DNA from: Candidatus Chisholmbacteria bacterium RIFCSPHIGHO2_01_FULL_52_32
GTDB taxonomy: Bacteria; Patescibacteriota; Microgenomatia; UBA1400; Chisholmbacteraceae
Length of the DNA stretch: 64,000 nt
Assembly: GCA_001816585.1 (NCBI GenBank)
Contig: MHCJ01000003.1
Span: forward strand, 586,681-650,680
Reading direction: 5' to 3'
Shown piece after piece: positions 17,010 to 27,307 of this stretch. The first letter of the stretch is position 1. Each line of letters opens with the position of its first letter. The position numbers and the translations under genes were made by a program. The notes under the pieces are model-generated. The model did no database searches. It saw nothing but the letters and a program-made list of their open reading frames with translations, and was not told where the DNA came from.

Positions 17010-18367
17010 CGCTCGCTTTGCTTTAATTGTTCCCGCTTCCCGTCCCAAAACCTGCCCCGCCGACAGAGAAGCTTGTTCGCGTCTTTTGGATTTTGCATCA
17101 ACCCCTGCGTGACAATTTCCAAGAAAAGGGCATTTTGTGATCCTTTGATGAGGACCGTATCTTTGTCCTTCATAAGCTTTTTGGCAATGTCGAGCGCCTC
17201 GTACGGACCGGTGGCGCTCCAAAGGTTTTTCCGCGGAAAGCCGAGTTTGATGAGTTCCGGTGTAAACCATTGTTTCATTTGAGGCCCAACGGTCACGACC
17301 ATATCGGTTGTCCGCGCGGCAATCTTTGCAACCTCCTCATGTTCTAATTTTGCAACTGATCCTAACTCCCGCATATCGCCCAGGATTGCAATTTTGCGTT
17401 GCGGGGCAACCTCTCTGAGGGTTTGCAGGGCATCTTCCATGGTTTTGCGGGAAGCGTTGTAGGAAGAATCAAGGATCACCGTTCCCCTGATGCCGGGAAT
17501 GATGCTCATCCTGCCTTTGGGCAATTGAAAGTGTGTTTGGAGTCCCCGTACACACTGGGCAAGCGAAAGGCCGAGGTATCTTCCGACGGCGATTGCGGCA
17601 AGGAAAGTCTGGGCGTAATGTTTCGGAAAGAGTTGCCCCAACTTCAGTTTTACTTCTTCTTTTGCGTCTTCTTTACACACCATCGAAAACCCTCCGAGAG
17701 AAATCCCGATGTCTTTTGCCATCAGATCCGCTTTGTGACGCACCCCAAACGTCACCACTCTAGCTTTGGTCTTGCCGAAAAAGGCGATGACCTTTGGATC
17801 GTCGGCATTCAGGATCGCGACTCCTGTTTTCGGCAACGATGTGATGAGTTTTCCTTTTTCTTCGGCGATTGCATCCGAAACCCGCGCCCGGCGCTCCTTG
17901 GGATCCTTGATGGTTTGCGGAACCAACCCGTCGAAGAATTGGCCGTGGACGGGGAGAACGTTGAGAAAGACCCCGATTGCGGGACGGACGATTGTTAAGA
18001 GATACTCCATGTTTTTGGGGGGAAGGGGGCTATCGATGCCAAGCTCGGCGATGTAGACATCATACGGTTCCCAATTCGTCAAAAGCGTTATCGGTGCGAG
18101 GAGAGATAAGCGGGCCCAATCGAAGAACGAATAGTCTTTTGGCGAAAGGCCCAAAATATTCAGAGGGATGCCTGACTCGCTGTTGGCTTTGAGGCTCACC
18201 TTGATCTTCCGATGGTCTTTGAGGACAGCAGCGATCGCGTTTCGAAGGGAAGTTTTCCCGGCCGAACCGGTGATTCCGATGATCGTGGGACTGGCTTTCC
18301 GAAGCTGTAGCTTGGCAAGTTCCCGAAAATAGATGAGAAGCAAGAAGGCAATGGTTCGCTTAAGCAC
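17006..18367 (-). CDS. Mur ligase family protein (MurF-like UDP-MurNAc-peptide ligase)
   Basis: GITGSAGKTS P-loop; Mur ligase middle and C-terminal domains. Confidence 0.6.
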   Translation of the reverse strand: MLKRTIAFLLLIYFRELAKLQLRKASPTIIGITGSAGKTSLRNAIAAVLKDHRKIKVSLKANSESGIPLNILGLSPKDYSFFDWARLSLLAPITLLTNWEPYDVYIAELGIDSPLPPKNMEYLLTIVRPAIGVFLNVLPVHGQFFDGLVPQTIKDPKERRARVSDAIAEEKGKLITSLPKTGVAILNADDPKVIAFFGKTKARVVTFGVRHKADLMAKDIGISLGGFSMVCKEDAKEEVKLKLGQLFPKHYAQTFLAAIAVGRYLGLSLAQCVRGLQTHFQLPKGRMSIIPGIRGTVILDSSYNASRKTMEDALQTLREVAPQRKIAILGDMRELGSVAKLEHEEVAKIAARTTDMVVTVGPQMKQWFTPELIKLGFPRKNLWSATGPYEALDIAKKLMKDKDTVLIKGSQNALFLEIVTQGLMQNPKDANKLLCRRGRFWDGKREQLKQSER

Positions 18368-18414
18368 GTTTATCCCGCTTATTCCTAATGTACGTTATAG
18401 TATACCGATTCTTT

Positions 18415-19251
18415 TTAGAACGAGCGGAGGAAGTATTTCAATCCCCACCAGGGCTGATGGAGATCCAAGATCAGACTACTGATGAACCCGTTCCATGCCC
18501 GTCTGGAATACAGAACCAGTTTTGCTCCCTGAAGCTGTCGATACAGCAACGCTAATTCAACGAGGTTCCGTATGCAGCGGCGTGCGAACGATACCCTGGC
18601 TTTGCGGATTTCGCGGACCGGACAAGGAATTTCGCAAATCCGAAGATTCTCTTTCTGGGCGCGGACCATGAGTTCCGTCTCAAGAATCTCGTGGGTGGTA
18701 CATTTGTCTATCAGCGGAAGTACTCTCCTTGTGTTCATTAGCTTTAAGCCATGGGTATCCTTTCCCTTATATCCGAACAGGGCCTTGGTTATTACTGTCA
18801 GAAAGTGGGTGCCGACCTTCCGGATGAGCGGTCTCTTATCGAGCCCGCTTTCAAGTTCCTTCGATCCGACAATGATGTCAAATTCGAATCTCTTCTCATA
18901 CGCCTGATTAAAAAAGCTTTCCTCCCACCAGTCGGCATTTAAAAGCAAAACAAACGGCTTTGATGCGCGGCGGATTCCCAAGCGAACCGCTTCCCCGAAA
19001 TCCGGATACGGATACTTGACCACCTTTATCCAGGAAAATTTCTCCGACAGGAGACTTAAGATTTCCGGTGTGCGGTCCGTTGAGCCGTTGTCCACCAGGA
19101 TCACTTCTATCCCTTTTCCATGCCCTGTCTTCAGTTTCCTGATTAAACCTTCCACGGTGGCAGAGAGGATTTCTTCTTCGTTATAGATGGGAATTACCAC
19201 CGAAATGTTTCTCATCGTAGTGACCGGATAAAGTAACCTAAACCCAACCAC
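18415..19251 (-). CDS. Family 2 glycosyltransferase (polyprenol-phosphate sugar transferase-like)
   Basis: VVIPIYNEEE...VILVDNGSTDRT GT-A/DxD-type motifs. Confidence 0.7.
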   Translation of the reverse strand: MVGFRLLYPVTTMRNISVVIPIYNEEEILSATVEGLIRKLKTGHGKGIEVILVDNGSTDRTPEILSLLSEKFSWIKVVKYPYPDFGEAVRLGIRRASKPFVLLLNADWWEESFFNQAYEKRFEFDIIVGSKELESGLDKRPLIRKVGTHFLTVITKALFGYKGKDTHGLKLMNTRRVLPLIDKCTTHEILETELMVRAQKENLRICEIPCPVREIRKARVSFARRCIRNLVELALLYRQLQGAKLVLYSRRAWNGFISSLILDLHQPWWGLKYFLRSF

Positions 19252-20075
19252 GGATCCCGAAGGTCGTTTGCAAGGATCTTTCCGTACCGCCCAAGCAGGC
19301 TTTCCTTCCTAAACTGCCTGCGGAGCATAAAGGTGTCCTTCACGGCGTTCAGGATGACTTTTGGACTCGATCCGGATGAAGTACCGAGCCTTCTCGGGTA
19401 ATGTGAAACGCCCATCTGCTTGATGCGAAACCCTGACTCAAGCGTTTTCAGGAGCAATTCCGTTGACACCATAGCGCCGTCTGAAGCAAGCGGTGACGCG
19501 TACCCCAGGACCCTTTTGTTTAAGAGTTTGAAGGCGCAGTCAATATCCCGTACCCAAAGCGGAAATCCCAAAAACACCCTGTTCCATACCTTGAGCATGA
19601 GGGCGATTCCGTGACGAAACCACCCCTCTGCCCTGTTCATTCTGTATCCGATCACCAAGTCATAGTCTTCGGTATGCGGGATAAACTTTTTGATTTCCGC
19701 GATATCGAACTGGAGATCCGCATCGGTAAAAAATATCCACTGAAAGCTCGCTTCCTTAAAGCCTCTCTTGATTGCTCCGCCGTACCCCTTGTTCGGCTGG
19801 CTCACAACACGAACCGCAATGTAGGCCCGGCTGAGTTTCTCAACAATTTCAGGCGTTCCGTCCCGGCTCCCGTCATCAATCACCAACACTTCATACTTCT
19901 CTGCCACCGTGGGGAGTACCGCCAGTGCCTGCCTGACCGCGCGTTCGATGTTGCCCGCCTCATTGTACGCGGGAAAGAACACCGACAATTCCGGAAGTTT
20001 CTTTGGACCTTCCTCTCGGTTTGTCATCTCTCCCTCCTTCGCAAGGCTTGTAAATCTTCGGCGATGGAATTCCAC
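19212..20075 (-). CDS. Family 2 glycosyltransferase (DPM1/GtrB-like)
   Basis: VFFPAYNEAGNI...VLVIDDGSRDGT motifs. Confidence 0.7.
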   Translation of the reverse strand: MEFHRRRFTSLAKEGEMTNREEGPKKLPELSVFFPAYNEAGNIERAVRQALAVLPTVAEKYEVLVIDDGSRDGTPEIVEKLSRAYIAVRVVSQPNKGYGGAIKRGFKEASFQWIFFTDADLQFDIAEIKKFIPHTEDYDLVIGYRMNRAEGWFRHGIALMLKVWNRVFLGFPLWVRDIDCAFKLLNKRVLGYASPLASDGAMVSTELLLKTLESGFRIKQMGVSHYPRRLGTSSGSSPKVILNAVKDTFMLRRQFRKESLLGRYGKILANDLRDPWLGLGYFIRSLR

Positions 20076-23000
20076 TTCTCCCGTAGGAACTTGCCTTCGC
20101 GCTCCCGTATGCCAGTAAGGATCTGCTCAAGCGCTGACTGCTTCACTTTGCGCCAGGCGCGATTTTCCATCATTTCCCGGAGCATTCCTCCCCGACGGAT
20201 TCGGGCGGAAACCCGTTCCATGAAGCTTCGTTTCTTTCGTCCTGTTTTTACAATGTAGATCATTCCTACCGCCATGAGGGCAAACCCGGCAAATTCCAAG
20301 TACTGCGGTACAAATACCAAAGCGAGGGTCCTTTCCCCGTCCCCTTCCTTCGGGGCGATCCGCCATCCGTTTGCCCAAGCGTTTGCGATGACATGGCCCT
20401 CCACGGGCGCAAAAAGCTTGGGCAAGAGGGAGAGGTACAGGAGACTTACCGGTTTATTCAGGGCTTTTTCCCCGACTTCGAATGCCTGCCAGCCCGAATG
20501 ATAGGCTTGATTTAAAATCAGCAACCCTTCGCCGTCCGACTTCAGGTTCACCAGGAAGAGGGAGGGGTTCGGATGCCGTGTCTCCCCGATCTCCAATCGG
20601 TTCTTAAGGCTTCCGACGAGTTCCGGCCTGATCTTGACCATCTCGATCCAGCCTAAGGAAGCCGGGAAGATCTCGATTTTTCGAAGCTCATTTTTGCTCT
20701 CCGCCATCCCGATCGCTTGGTTATCCAAGTGCAAGGTGTAGCCCCGTTCTCCGGCAAGCATTGCGGGTAACGGTACCGTTGTCTTTTGCCAGCCTGCCAC
20801 CTCGTCAAGCTTGAACTCCGCATCGCAGTGCTTGCTGACGGAGTTATTGATGCAGATCTGAAACGGCTTTCCCGAGATAAAGCGGTGCTCAAAAGAAACC
20901 AAATAGGAGATATCCTGCGGAAGATTACGGAATTCCCAAAAGTCGCAAGACCCGGCATTCCGCGATGCATAGGTCAATACCGGGATCAGACCTTCCTCGG
21001 ATATCTCCCTGGTAAACCAGGTGTTATTAAAGTTGTCACAATTTCTGGCCTTCGGGTAATTGCGCCCTGACACCGGGGATTCGACTGCGGTTGCCCATGA
21101 GTCGATCTTCGGAATCACCAGTTGTACCGAATCAGCGATGGCGGGAACAGCGATTGCCTTTACTTTTGCAAGATCATCCCTGATAAATCTCGGTTGGATG
21201 ACTGCGGATCCGATGGAGGGATATGCGGTCAGAACGACATCCCTGTATTCAATTTCCGATTCTTTTTCCGATTCAAAGGCATCAAGGAGGAGCTGTACCC
21301 AAAGTTCCGAGGGGTCGGACAGATTGGCTTCCGTATATTCCTCAAAGCTTCTCCAAGTATCCGCATAGGTTGAATTTGCGGTATACGAAAGGTTGAACGG
21401 TTCTCCCGTTTTTCCATCGATGAATAAGTAGATCGGCCGCGCCTGTTCACTCGAGCGAAAGGCAAAGCGCATCTGGATGACCGAGCGTGGGTCGCTTAAG
21501 AGATTGTCAATCTTTGTGAAGATGCAGGCGACGACCCGCTTGCCTTTGATCGTGAGCGTCCTCCCGGAAACGTTTTTAGAAAACGACTGATCGGCGAGTT
21601 CATCACTACAGCGGTTGATCGGTTCAGAAAATATCCGGTCCGTGATATCGAGGGTCGTCCCTCCGGCCTTCGTGTAAACTTTGAGGGTGTTGTCTTTGCC
21701 CGTCCAAAGGATACTTTCTCCGATCGCTTCTTCCCTGTCAGTGGGTGAAGGTGAGGTGAGAAACTGTTTCCCGTTTATTGCGATCACAAACGGTCCCTCG
21801 GTTGTCGAAAGAGGGATCTCGATTTGAGAGCTGGTCGTTTCAGACGGAATGCGGATTCCGTCGACATATACCTCCGGAAACAGATAGACGAACCGAACGA
21901 TGAGGCTACCGTGCCCTCCCCTTGCCATTACACGCACGGGGATGACCGCATCGGTTGCGGCGGCGTTGGGAACTTCAAGGAGAACCTTTTCCTTCCTGTT
22001 CTCCGAAAGCTTCCAGCCTTTTCCAAACAGTATTACCTCTCCATCGAGGTTTTCCGCAGAAACCAAGTTCCTGGTATCGAGATCGCGGAACGGATAGAAT
22101 GCGGAAATTTCGGTGTTGTCGGACGCTGCGTTTGTCGAAAAGCTTTGGCCTTCCGCTGAGAAAACAAGGTCATTCTGGCTGTCTCCAGTGGCCTTCGGTT
22201 CGATCCGTTTTATTTCCGTCGGGGTGTAGGCGAAATCCTTGACCTTTTCCGAGAGGCTCGTTTGGTAGACCGCGATCTTTCCAAACTCGCGAGCTGGTGC
22301 TACTTTTTTACTTTCTTTGAGCATCTCCTCAAGTTGGGGGACAAACAAGAGCGTTTGATCGCCTTGTGTGGCAATGCTTCGATCCACCAGGATCCAGTCA
22401 AGTTGGTACTTATCGATGAGCTTCTCAAACAGGGCAAGGTCCCGGCTGTAGACGGCTTTACTTATTTCGTTGTAATACCCTTCGTTTTCATGGCTCCAGA
22501 CGTCAAAAGCACGGTCGAGGATGGGCTGTTCAAGCCCGTACCAGAGGAACCCCGATCCACGGTATCCCCAATCATAAAAATTCCATCCCCAAAAGGAATG
22601 CTGGGGGAAATTGGCGATGCGGGTTGACGGATCTTGAGTCTGAAACCACTTCATCAGATCGAAGTACCCTTGCGGAATCTCTGTCCGCACCGCAGGATAG
22701 ATGAGGTGTCCTTGAAACGCCGGCGAGAGAAAGGCTAGAAAGACTCCGATTGCCGCAATGCCCGCCACTGCGACGGAGAGGCGGTGGCTGACAAACCCGA
22801 GCAGTGCCCGGAAGGCTTGGAGGATGACGAGCGACCCGAGGGAAAAGAAGATTGCATAGGAAAGCATGGCAACCGGCGACCATTTCGTGAATACCGAACG
22901 GAACATCTCCTGAAAGAGGGGTATGTTTTCGGACATCCACTTGAACAGGAATCCGAGGGGTTGGTTTTCCTCAAGGAGCATAAACCAGGACAATGCGAAG

Positions 23001-24085
23001 AGGAAAAGAGCGCTTTTTCTGAAAGGAGTTTTATACGCAATGGCTACGGGGATCCCAAGTACCACCAAGGCGAAGAGGGCATACCCGAGTGTTGTAATGA
23101 CCGGACTTGAAAGGTGATCGCGCCAGACTCCGAGCAGATAGTCAAATTTCCCGCTTTCCGCCCGATCGACATAATTGAACCAAAAACCGCGCAGCAGTAT
23201 GGCATCTTTAGGATTTGCGAATTCACGACTGCGGAGGATCATGTCGGGGGTCGAGTATTCGTTGACCCTTGAGGTTTTGACAATACTCCCCGCCACTGCA
23301 ACAAAGTAGAGAAAGGGGAGGAGCCAAAAGGCGTTCACCACGCCAATGACCGAAAGCCACTTCCCTACCTTTCCGAGCGCCGCTTTTGAGCGGACCGTCA
23401 TCAGGTATTCGACGGCAAAGACTCCTACAACAACCATGGTGACGAGAAAGACGGTCCCGACGTAGGCCATCGGAGCTGCCAGGATAAGGGCAAGTACGAG
23501 CGGCCAAGCTTTGTTTTTTTCTTTCTCAAGGAAGCGGACTGTCAGGTAGGCTAACCAGGGCAAAGCGGCGTACTGGGTGATGAAGCTTTCGTAGGGTACG
23601 AAAAAAATCTGGACCGTGCCAAGGTTTAAGAGGTAGAACAACCCTCCGAGTAAACTGGCAAACTCCCGGAAGACCGGTTTAAAGCGACGGGCAAACACTT
23701 CCCGCATAAACCAGAACATCCCCAGCGGCCCCAAGAGGAGGGTGGCAAAGGTATACCCGTAACGTACAAGCCTCGGGCTTACCGCAAGCGATGCAATCCA
23801 AAGAAGTATTTGATGGGGAAGATCGGCGGCATGGCTCATCCCTCCCAGGAGCCCTAGGCCTTGGTACTCTTGCCATACGGCAAAGAGACTGCGGCGGATG
23901 TTTAAAGGGAAGTTAAACTCCGGGTGGAGGTTATCCCAACCCGAGAGCCAAGTTCCGGGCTGGTAGTTTAAAAATGCAAGAAAAAGCACAACTGCCATCA
24001 GGATCCCGGCGGCGAACCAGCCTGACTGGAGCCAGTCTTTGAGGATAGGTTTTGGATGTCTGTTTCGGAAAAGGAGCAGATTCAT
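20024..24085 (-). CDS. Giant (1353 aa) integral membrane protein, GT-C-like (AftD/DUF3367-like) with large extracytoplasmic C-terminal domain
   Basis: About 600 aa with ~14 TM helices, then ~750 aa soluble domain; sits between GT2 and GT4 genes. Confidence 0.5.
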   Translation of the reverse strand: MNLLLFRNRHPKPILKDWLQSGWFAAGILMAVVLFLAFLNYQPGTWLSGWDNLHPEFNFPLNIRRSLFAVWQEYQGLGLLGGMSHAADLPHQILLWIASLAVSPRLVRYGYTFATLLLGPLGMFWFMREVFARRFKPVFREFASLLGGLFYLLNLGTVQIFFVPYESFITQYAALPWLAYLTVRFLEKEKNKAWPLVLALILAAPMAYVGTVFLVTMVVVGVFAVEYLMTVRSKAALGKVGKWLSVIGVVNAFWLLPFLYFVAVAGSIVKTSRVNEYSTPDMILRSREFANPKDAILLRGFWFNYVDRAESGKFDYLLGVWRDHLSSPVITTLGYALFALVVLGIPVAIAYKTPFRKSALFLFALSWFMLLEENQPLGFLFKWMSENIPLFQEMFRSVFTKWSPVAMLSYAIFFSLGSLVILQAFRALLGFVSHRLSVAVAGIAAIGVFLAFLSPAFQGHLIYPAVRTEIPQGYFDLMKWFQTQDPSTRIANFPQHSFWGWNFYDWGYRGSGFLWYGLEQPILDRAFDVWSHENEGYYNEISKAVYSRDLALFEKLIDKYQLDWILVDRSIATQGDQTLLFVPQLEEMLKESKKVAPAREFGKIAVYQTSLSEKVKDFAYTPTEIKRIEPKATGDSQNDLVFSAEGQSFSTNAASDNTEISAFYPFRDLDTRNLVSAENLDGEVILFGKGWKLSENRKEKVLLEVPNAAATDAVIPVRVMARGGHGSLIVRFVYLFPEVYVDGIRIPSETTSSQIEIPLSTTEGPFVIAINGKQFLTSPSPTDREEAIGESILWTGKDNTLKVYTKAGGTTLDITDRIFSEPINRCSDELADQSFSKNVSGRTLTIKGKRVVACIFTKIDNLLSDPRSVIQMRFAFRSSEQARPIYLFIDGKTGEPFNLSYTANSTYADTWRSFEEYTEANLSDPSELWVQLLLDAFESEKESEIEYRDVVLTAYPSIGSAVIQPRFIRDDLAKVKAIAVPAIADSVQLVIPKIDSWATAVESPVSGRNYPKARNCDNFNNTWFTREISEEGLIPVLTYASRNAGSCDFWEFRNLPQDISYLVSFEHRFISGKPFQICINNSVSKHCDAEFKLDEVAGWQKTTVPLPAMLAGERGYTLHLDNQAIGMAESKNELRKIEIFPASLGWIEMVKIRPELVGSLKNRLEIGETRHPNPSLFLVNLKSDGEGLLILNQAYHSGWQAFEVGEKALNKPVSLLYLSLLPKLFAPVEGHVIANAWANGWRIAPKEGDGERTLALVFVPQYLEFAGFALMAVGMIYIVKTGRKKRSFMERVSARIRRGGMLREMMENRAWRKVKQSALEQILTGIREREGKFLREKWNSIAEDLQALRRRER

Positions 24086-24095
24086 GTTTTTCCCG

Positions 24096-25481
24096 TTAGC
24101 TTTCTGTTGCTAATGTTTCTGACTTATCGGTCGTCGGCCTTGCCAGACTTTGGACCAGGCGCACGAGTATCGAGGCTTTTGGTTCTTTCGCAAGTGTTGC
24201 CTCATACAATCCGACGATCGTCTCCCAGCTCCTTAGCTCACGCAGGGCGATTGAAGCCCTGCTCAAGCGGTTGAGCCTTCCCCTTTTGGCAACAAGAGAT
24301 TCGATTTTCTTGGCAAAATCATTCCCGGAAAGGGAAAACATCAGGTCCTCCGGCTGCATGCGGCACTGCTCAAGTGCGGTTCGTACATCGGGATTCTCCA
24401 AGCTTTCCGCTAAGGCTTTTGATAGGAGTATCGGTTTGGCAAACCGCAAGGCAAACGAAAGGGGGCCTGAAGCGCTTATGAGTGAGCGATAGGGTAACAC
24501 GACCAGATCCGCTGCGGCAAAGTAGCTTCGGACTTGGTTCTCCGGAATAAAGCCCGTCACCCTGACGGAACGGCGATATCTTTTCGAAAGCCGTTCGACT
24601 TTCCTTAAGAACGCTTGGTAGTGGGGTTTGTCACGGAGGGTTGCGCTCGGCCCGCCGGCAATAAGCAACTTGAGCTTGGGTTGATCCTGCGCGAGCTTTC
24701 CGACCTTTTGAATCAGCCAATCGACCCCTTTGTACCAGGTGATATAGCCGAAGAGGAGGAGCACAAACTCATCCTTCCTCAACCCCAGCTTCTGTCTAGA
24801 GGTCCGACCTCTGCGCAGAGGTCGGACCTCTTCGCTGTTATCAAGAGAGAGGCCATGAGAAATGACGTCAATCTTTTCGGCGTTGACCATGTGGGCAAGT
24901 CTGTTCTTGAGGGTCTGTTCGTGGACCACTATCCTGTCAGACAGCATTCCGGTTGCGATGTAGAAGCTCTTCAGTCCTCGATTGAGGATTGTGCGTTTTA
25001 GCGACATTCCCGTAAGCCCCAAATGTCCGCCGATAGTCCCTAAATCCTCAACCACCTGGTGGAGAACAACGGACAGCCGCCTGCCTGACAGTTTTACCGC
25101 AGCCAGAAATATCGGAAGAAGTGTTGTCACCGGTGTTTGGCCAAGCATGTTGAACTCGAATTGGAGAAGGATTTGACGAGGTTTGTTAAACCTCAACAGG
25201 GCTCTTATCAGATCAAGGTACAACAGCGGGCTTCCCCTTCGATAGCAGCGGGCGATAAGGAGGTTTCCCCTGCGATACATCTCGGCCTCACTAGTAATTT
25301 CGCAAAGCACGATAATTTTTCGATCCCTGTAGGCATGCAGAAGATTGCCGGTATAGCAGGCAACGGCGTTGAGGAGGGCCGGCTCACCCTGCTTTTGCGG
25401 ATAGCTTGAGATGACGATGAGCGCATCTTTGGTATTAAATTCTTTGATCAGGTTTTTCATATTTTTTCCTCTGGCTTTCAC
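24096..25481 (-). CDS. GT-B fold glycosyltransferase (GT4-like); GTG start
   Basis: C-terminal GT1/GT4 motif region (...LVVLPYRSLISASGPLSFALRFAKPIL). Confidence 0.6.
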   Translation of the reverse strand: MKARGKNMKNLIKEFNTKDALIVISSYPQKQGEPALLNAVACYTGNLLHAYRDRKIIVLCEITSEAEMYRRGNLLIARCYRRGSPLLYLDLIRALLRFNKPRQILLQFEFNMLGQTPVTTLLPIFLAAVKLSGRRLSVVLHQVVEDLGTIGGHLGLTGMSLKRTILNRGLKSFYIATGMLSDRIVVHEQTLKNRLAHMVNAEKIDVISHGLSLDNSEEVRPLRRGRTSRQKLGLRKDEFVLLLFGYITWYKGVDWLIQKVGKLAQDQPKLKLLIAGGPSATLRDKPHYQAFLRKVERLSKRYRRSVRVTGFIPENQVRSYFAAADLVVLPYRSLISASGPLSFALRFAKPILLSKALAESLENPDVRTALEQCRMQPEDLMFSLSGNDFAKKIESLVAKRGRLNRLSRASIALRELRSWETIVGLYEATLAKEPKASILVRLVQSLARPTTDKSETLATES

Positions 25482-25490
25482 GGGTCGGAT

Positions 25491-26849
25491 TTATACGTCT
25501 TGTATCGGCTTGACTCCCGATAGTCTTCTTAAGGCGTTATAGACCTCTTTCCGCAGTGATCCGTCGGGACGGATCAAACCCAGGCCGCGGGTTTCAGCGT
25601 TGTCCGGATTAATCACGTCTGAGTCGTAATCCGTCAGTCCCCAGATCGTGACATAGGCTGCGTTTGTCTCCCATGCGACCTGAACCCCGACAGCGTGTTG
25701 ACGAGCCACTTCTTCCCGGGTCCACTCCGGCCTGTCTTTGTCCGCAATTCCGAACTCGCTCACCGCAAGGCGGCTTTGAGGGAGATTGTCGCGCATCAGA
25801 CGAAGTGAAGCTCCGAGGTTGTATCCCTCCTGTCCTTTCCCGGCAACCTGCCAGGCAGAAAGGGAAACCTCATCGGGCGGGACATCAAGGGCGGAAAGGA
25901 CATCAAGTCCGGTTTTGGCGTCCGGCCTGTCCCATTCCGACCGGATTTGCAGGACTTCGGCGCCGGTTTTCAGAGGTGCTTTGTCGGAATGGGCGCGGTT
26001 GGCGTCTCTGATTGCCCGGTGGAAGGTGTTGTAATATAAGATTGCGTTCTCAATGAACTGGGGCGAAATGTCGGCACCCTCCGTTCCGGGGCTATAGTCT
26101 CCCTTTGCCAGTAATTCGAGTTCATTGGGACCTCCGATTGTTATTTCTTTTCCGTTTTCTCCATATCTCTCGAGTAAGTAGTCAGCAACACGCAGATACT
26201 CTTTATACGTCGCTTCAAGCCGTTCAGGTGTACATACTCCCTCCTCCGGAAGTTGCCAGCCGTTCACCGTTCCCGGGCCATTGACGTCGCAGGTGATGTG
26301 GATGGCTTTGATGTCAGGGTGACCAAACACCGTCTCGTAGTACGGTCTTCGGATCAGTTCATCTAACGTTGTTCCCTTCAGCGTTTCGATCCCCGTATGA
26401 TCTTCATGTTCTTTGGGCGAGGCAACGATGCTTACTCTTTGAAATCCGAGCCTTGAAGCGATATCGACATGCCATTCAAGCGAACCTTCTCCCCGAACGT
26501 ACTTTGAAGGGTGAATGGAGATTCCGATCCTGTCATCAAGTTTGGGCTGAGGTTCGAGCTCCTGCCAGCGGAGTAAGCTTTCCCGGTTATAGGTTCCCGT
26601 TTCGAGGGTGTTTAAGATGAGCAATTCCTCCACGCGGGCTTCAACCGCAGCGGGATCCAGCTCGGCAAGACCACAGGACGCCAAGAGAAGACTGGCCCGT
26701 AAGGCTAGACCGCCTTTTGTCGCTTCATCCAATTCCGGCCTGAGGGTGGCTTGGTTCAGTACCTCAAGAGCATACCTCAATTCCGGCAGAACCAGCCCAA
26801 GAAAGGCCCTCCTTGTGACTTCACCATTCGGTTGAACTTTTTCTCCCAT
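25491..26849 (-). CDS. Secreted protein (Tat-like RRAFLGL signal), putative TIM-barrel glycoside hydrolase
   Basis: Twin-arginine-like N-terminus; no strong motif match, hydrolase assignment is weak. Confidence 0.35.
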   Translation of the reverse strand: MGEKVQPNGEVTRRAFLGLVLPELRYALEVLNQATLRPELDEATKGGLALRASLLLASCGLAELDPAAVEARVEELLILNTLETGTYNRESLLRWQELEPQPKLDDRIGISIHPSKYVRGEGSLEWHVDIASRLGFQRVSIVASPKEHEDHTGIETLKGTTLDELIRRPYYETVFGHPDIKAIHITCDVNGPGTVNGWQLPEEGVCTPERLEATYKEYLRVADYLLERYGENGKEITIGGPNELELLAKGDYSPGTEGADISPQFIENAILYYNTFHRAIRDANRAHSDKAPLKTGAEVLQIRSEWDRPDAKTGLDVLSALDVPPDEVSLSAWQVAGKGQEGYNLGASLRLMRDNLPQSRLAVSEFGIADKDRPEWTREEVARQHAVGVQVAWETNAAYVTIWGLTDYDSDVINPDNAETRGLGLIRPDGSLRKEVYNALRRLSGVKPIQDV

Positions 26850-26856
26850 AGATTCC

Positions 26857-26889
26857 TTTTTTTTAAAAAAATAGCCGGGCAGCGGCTAT
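26857..26889 (-). terminator. Intrinsic-terminator-like hairpin + T6 in the 5' UTR of the GH-like gene (possible attenuator)
   Basis: Minus strand AATAGCCG-CTGCC-CGGCTATT then TTTTTT, then A8-AAGGAA-N5-ATG; downstream of the predicted promoter at 26926-26954. Confidence 0.45.
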
Positions 26890-26925
26890 TCCTCGATAAG
26901 ACCTATAGGCCTTTTTCTTTGAGGA

Positions 26926-26954
26926 ACTATACCATAATATTGGCAGATTGTCAA
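26926..26954 (-). promoter_or_regulatory. sigma70-like promoter (TTGACA-N17-TATAGT) upstream of the glycan-locus lead gene
   Basis: Minus strand TTGACA (26954-26949) and TATAGT (26931-26926). Shares the block TTGGCAGATT...TGCTAATTT with the 29429-29460 promoter region. Confidence 0.4.
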
Positions 26955-27087
26955 TTTGAGTGCTAATTTCTGCTCTCTCAACCATGAACCAGAGTAAGCA
27001 CGGTTCATAGCTCAGAAAGCAGGCATATAGGGTTGAAGTTGTAGGGGGTAAGTGGTTGGGGATGAGGTTCTCTTTGAGAGAGAAACT

Positions 27088-27290
27088 TTGATCGCGCACG
27101 CGATCTTTCCCAATCCACATACTCTCGACAACTCAATGCCGCTTTCGACCGGAGGTCGGGGGCCTGATGCCTTGTTTTGGAATTTTTATCCGTGAGAGCT
27201 TCCTCTGAAGCGAGTTTCCTCACTCGGGAAGGTCAGGCGGAGAACCTTACGGTTCGCAGTTTTCCAAAGACATGGCGGCCCCCGACCTCT
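27088..27290. other. Candidate structured non-coding RNA region 3' of the GC-rich gene
   Basis: Long-range complementarity GGAGGTCGGGGGCC (27151-27164) against GGCCCCCGACCTC (27273-27285) enclosing hairpins GTGAG...CTCAC and GAACC-ttac-GGTTC; GATCGCGcaCGCGATC hairpin at 27088-27103. No ORF of 60 aa or more on the locally coding strand. Confidence 0.3.
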
Positions 27291-27307
27291 CCTGGTCGAG
27301 TCTTCAG

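Noticed and set aside
26940-26971. TGGCAG...GC motif considered as a sigma54 (-24/-12) promoter
   Set aside because: GG-to-GC spacing is 18 nt, not the required 10. The reverse strand gives good sigma70 -35/-10 hexamers with 16-17-nt spacers facing minus-strand genes.
27150-27260. AGGTCAGG-containing segment considered as SRP (4.5S) RNA domain IV
   Set aside because: Lacks the GGAA tetraloop closing helix and the symmetric/asymmetric loop arrangement; kept only as a generic structured-RNA candidate.
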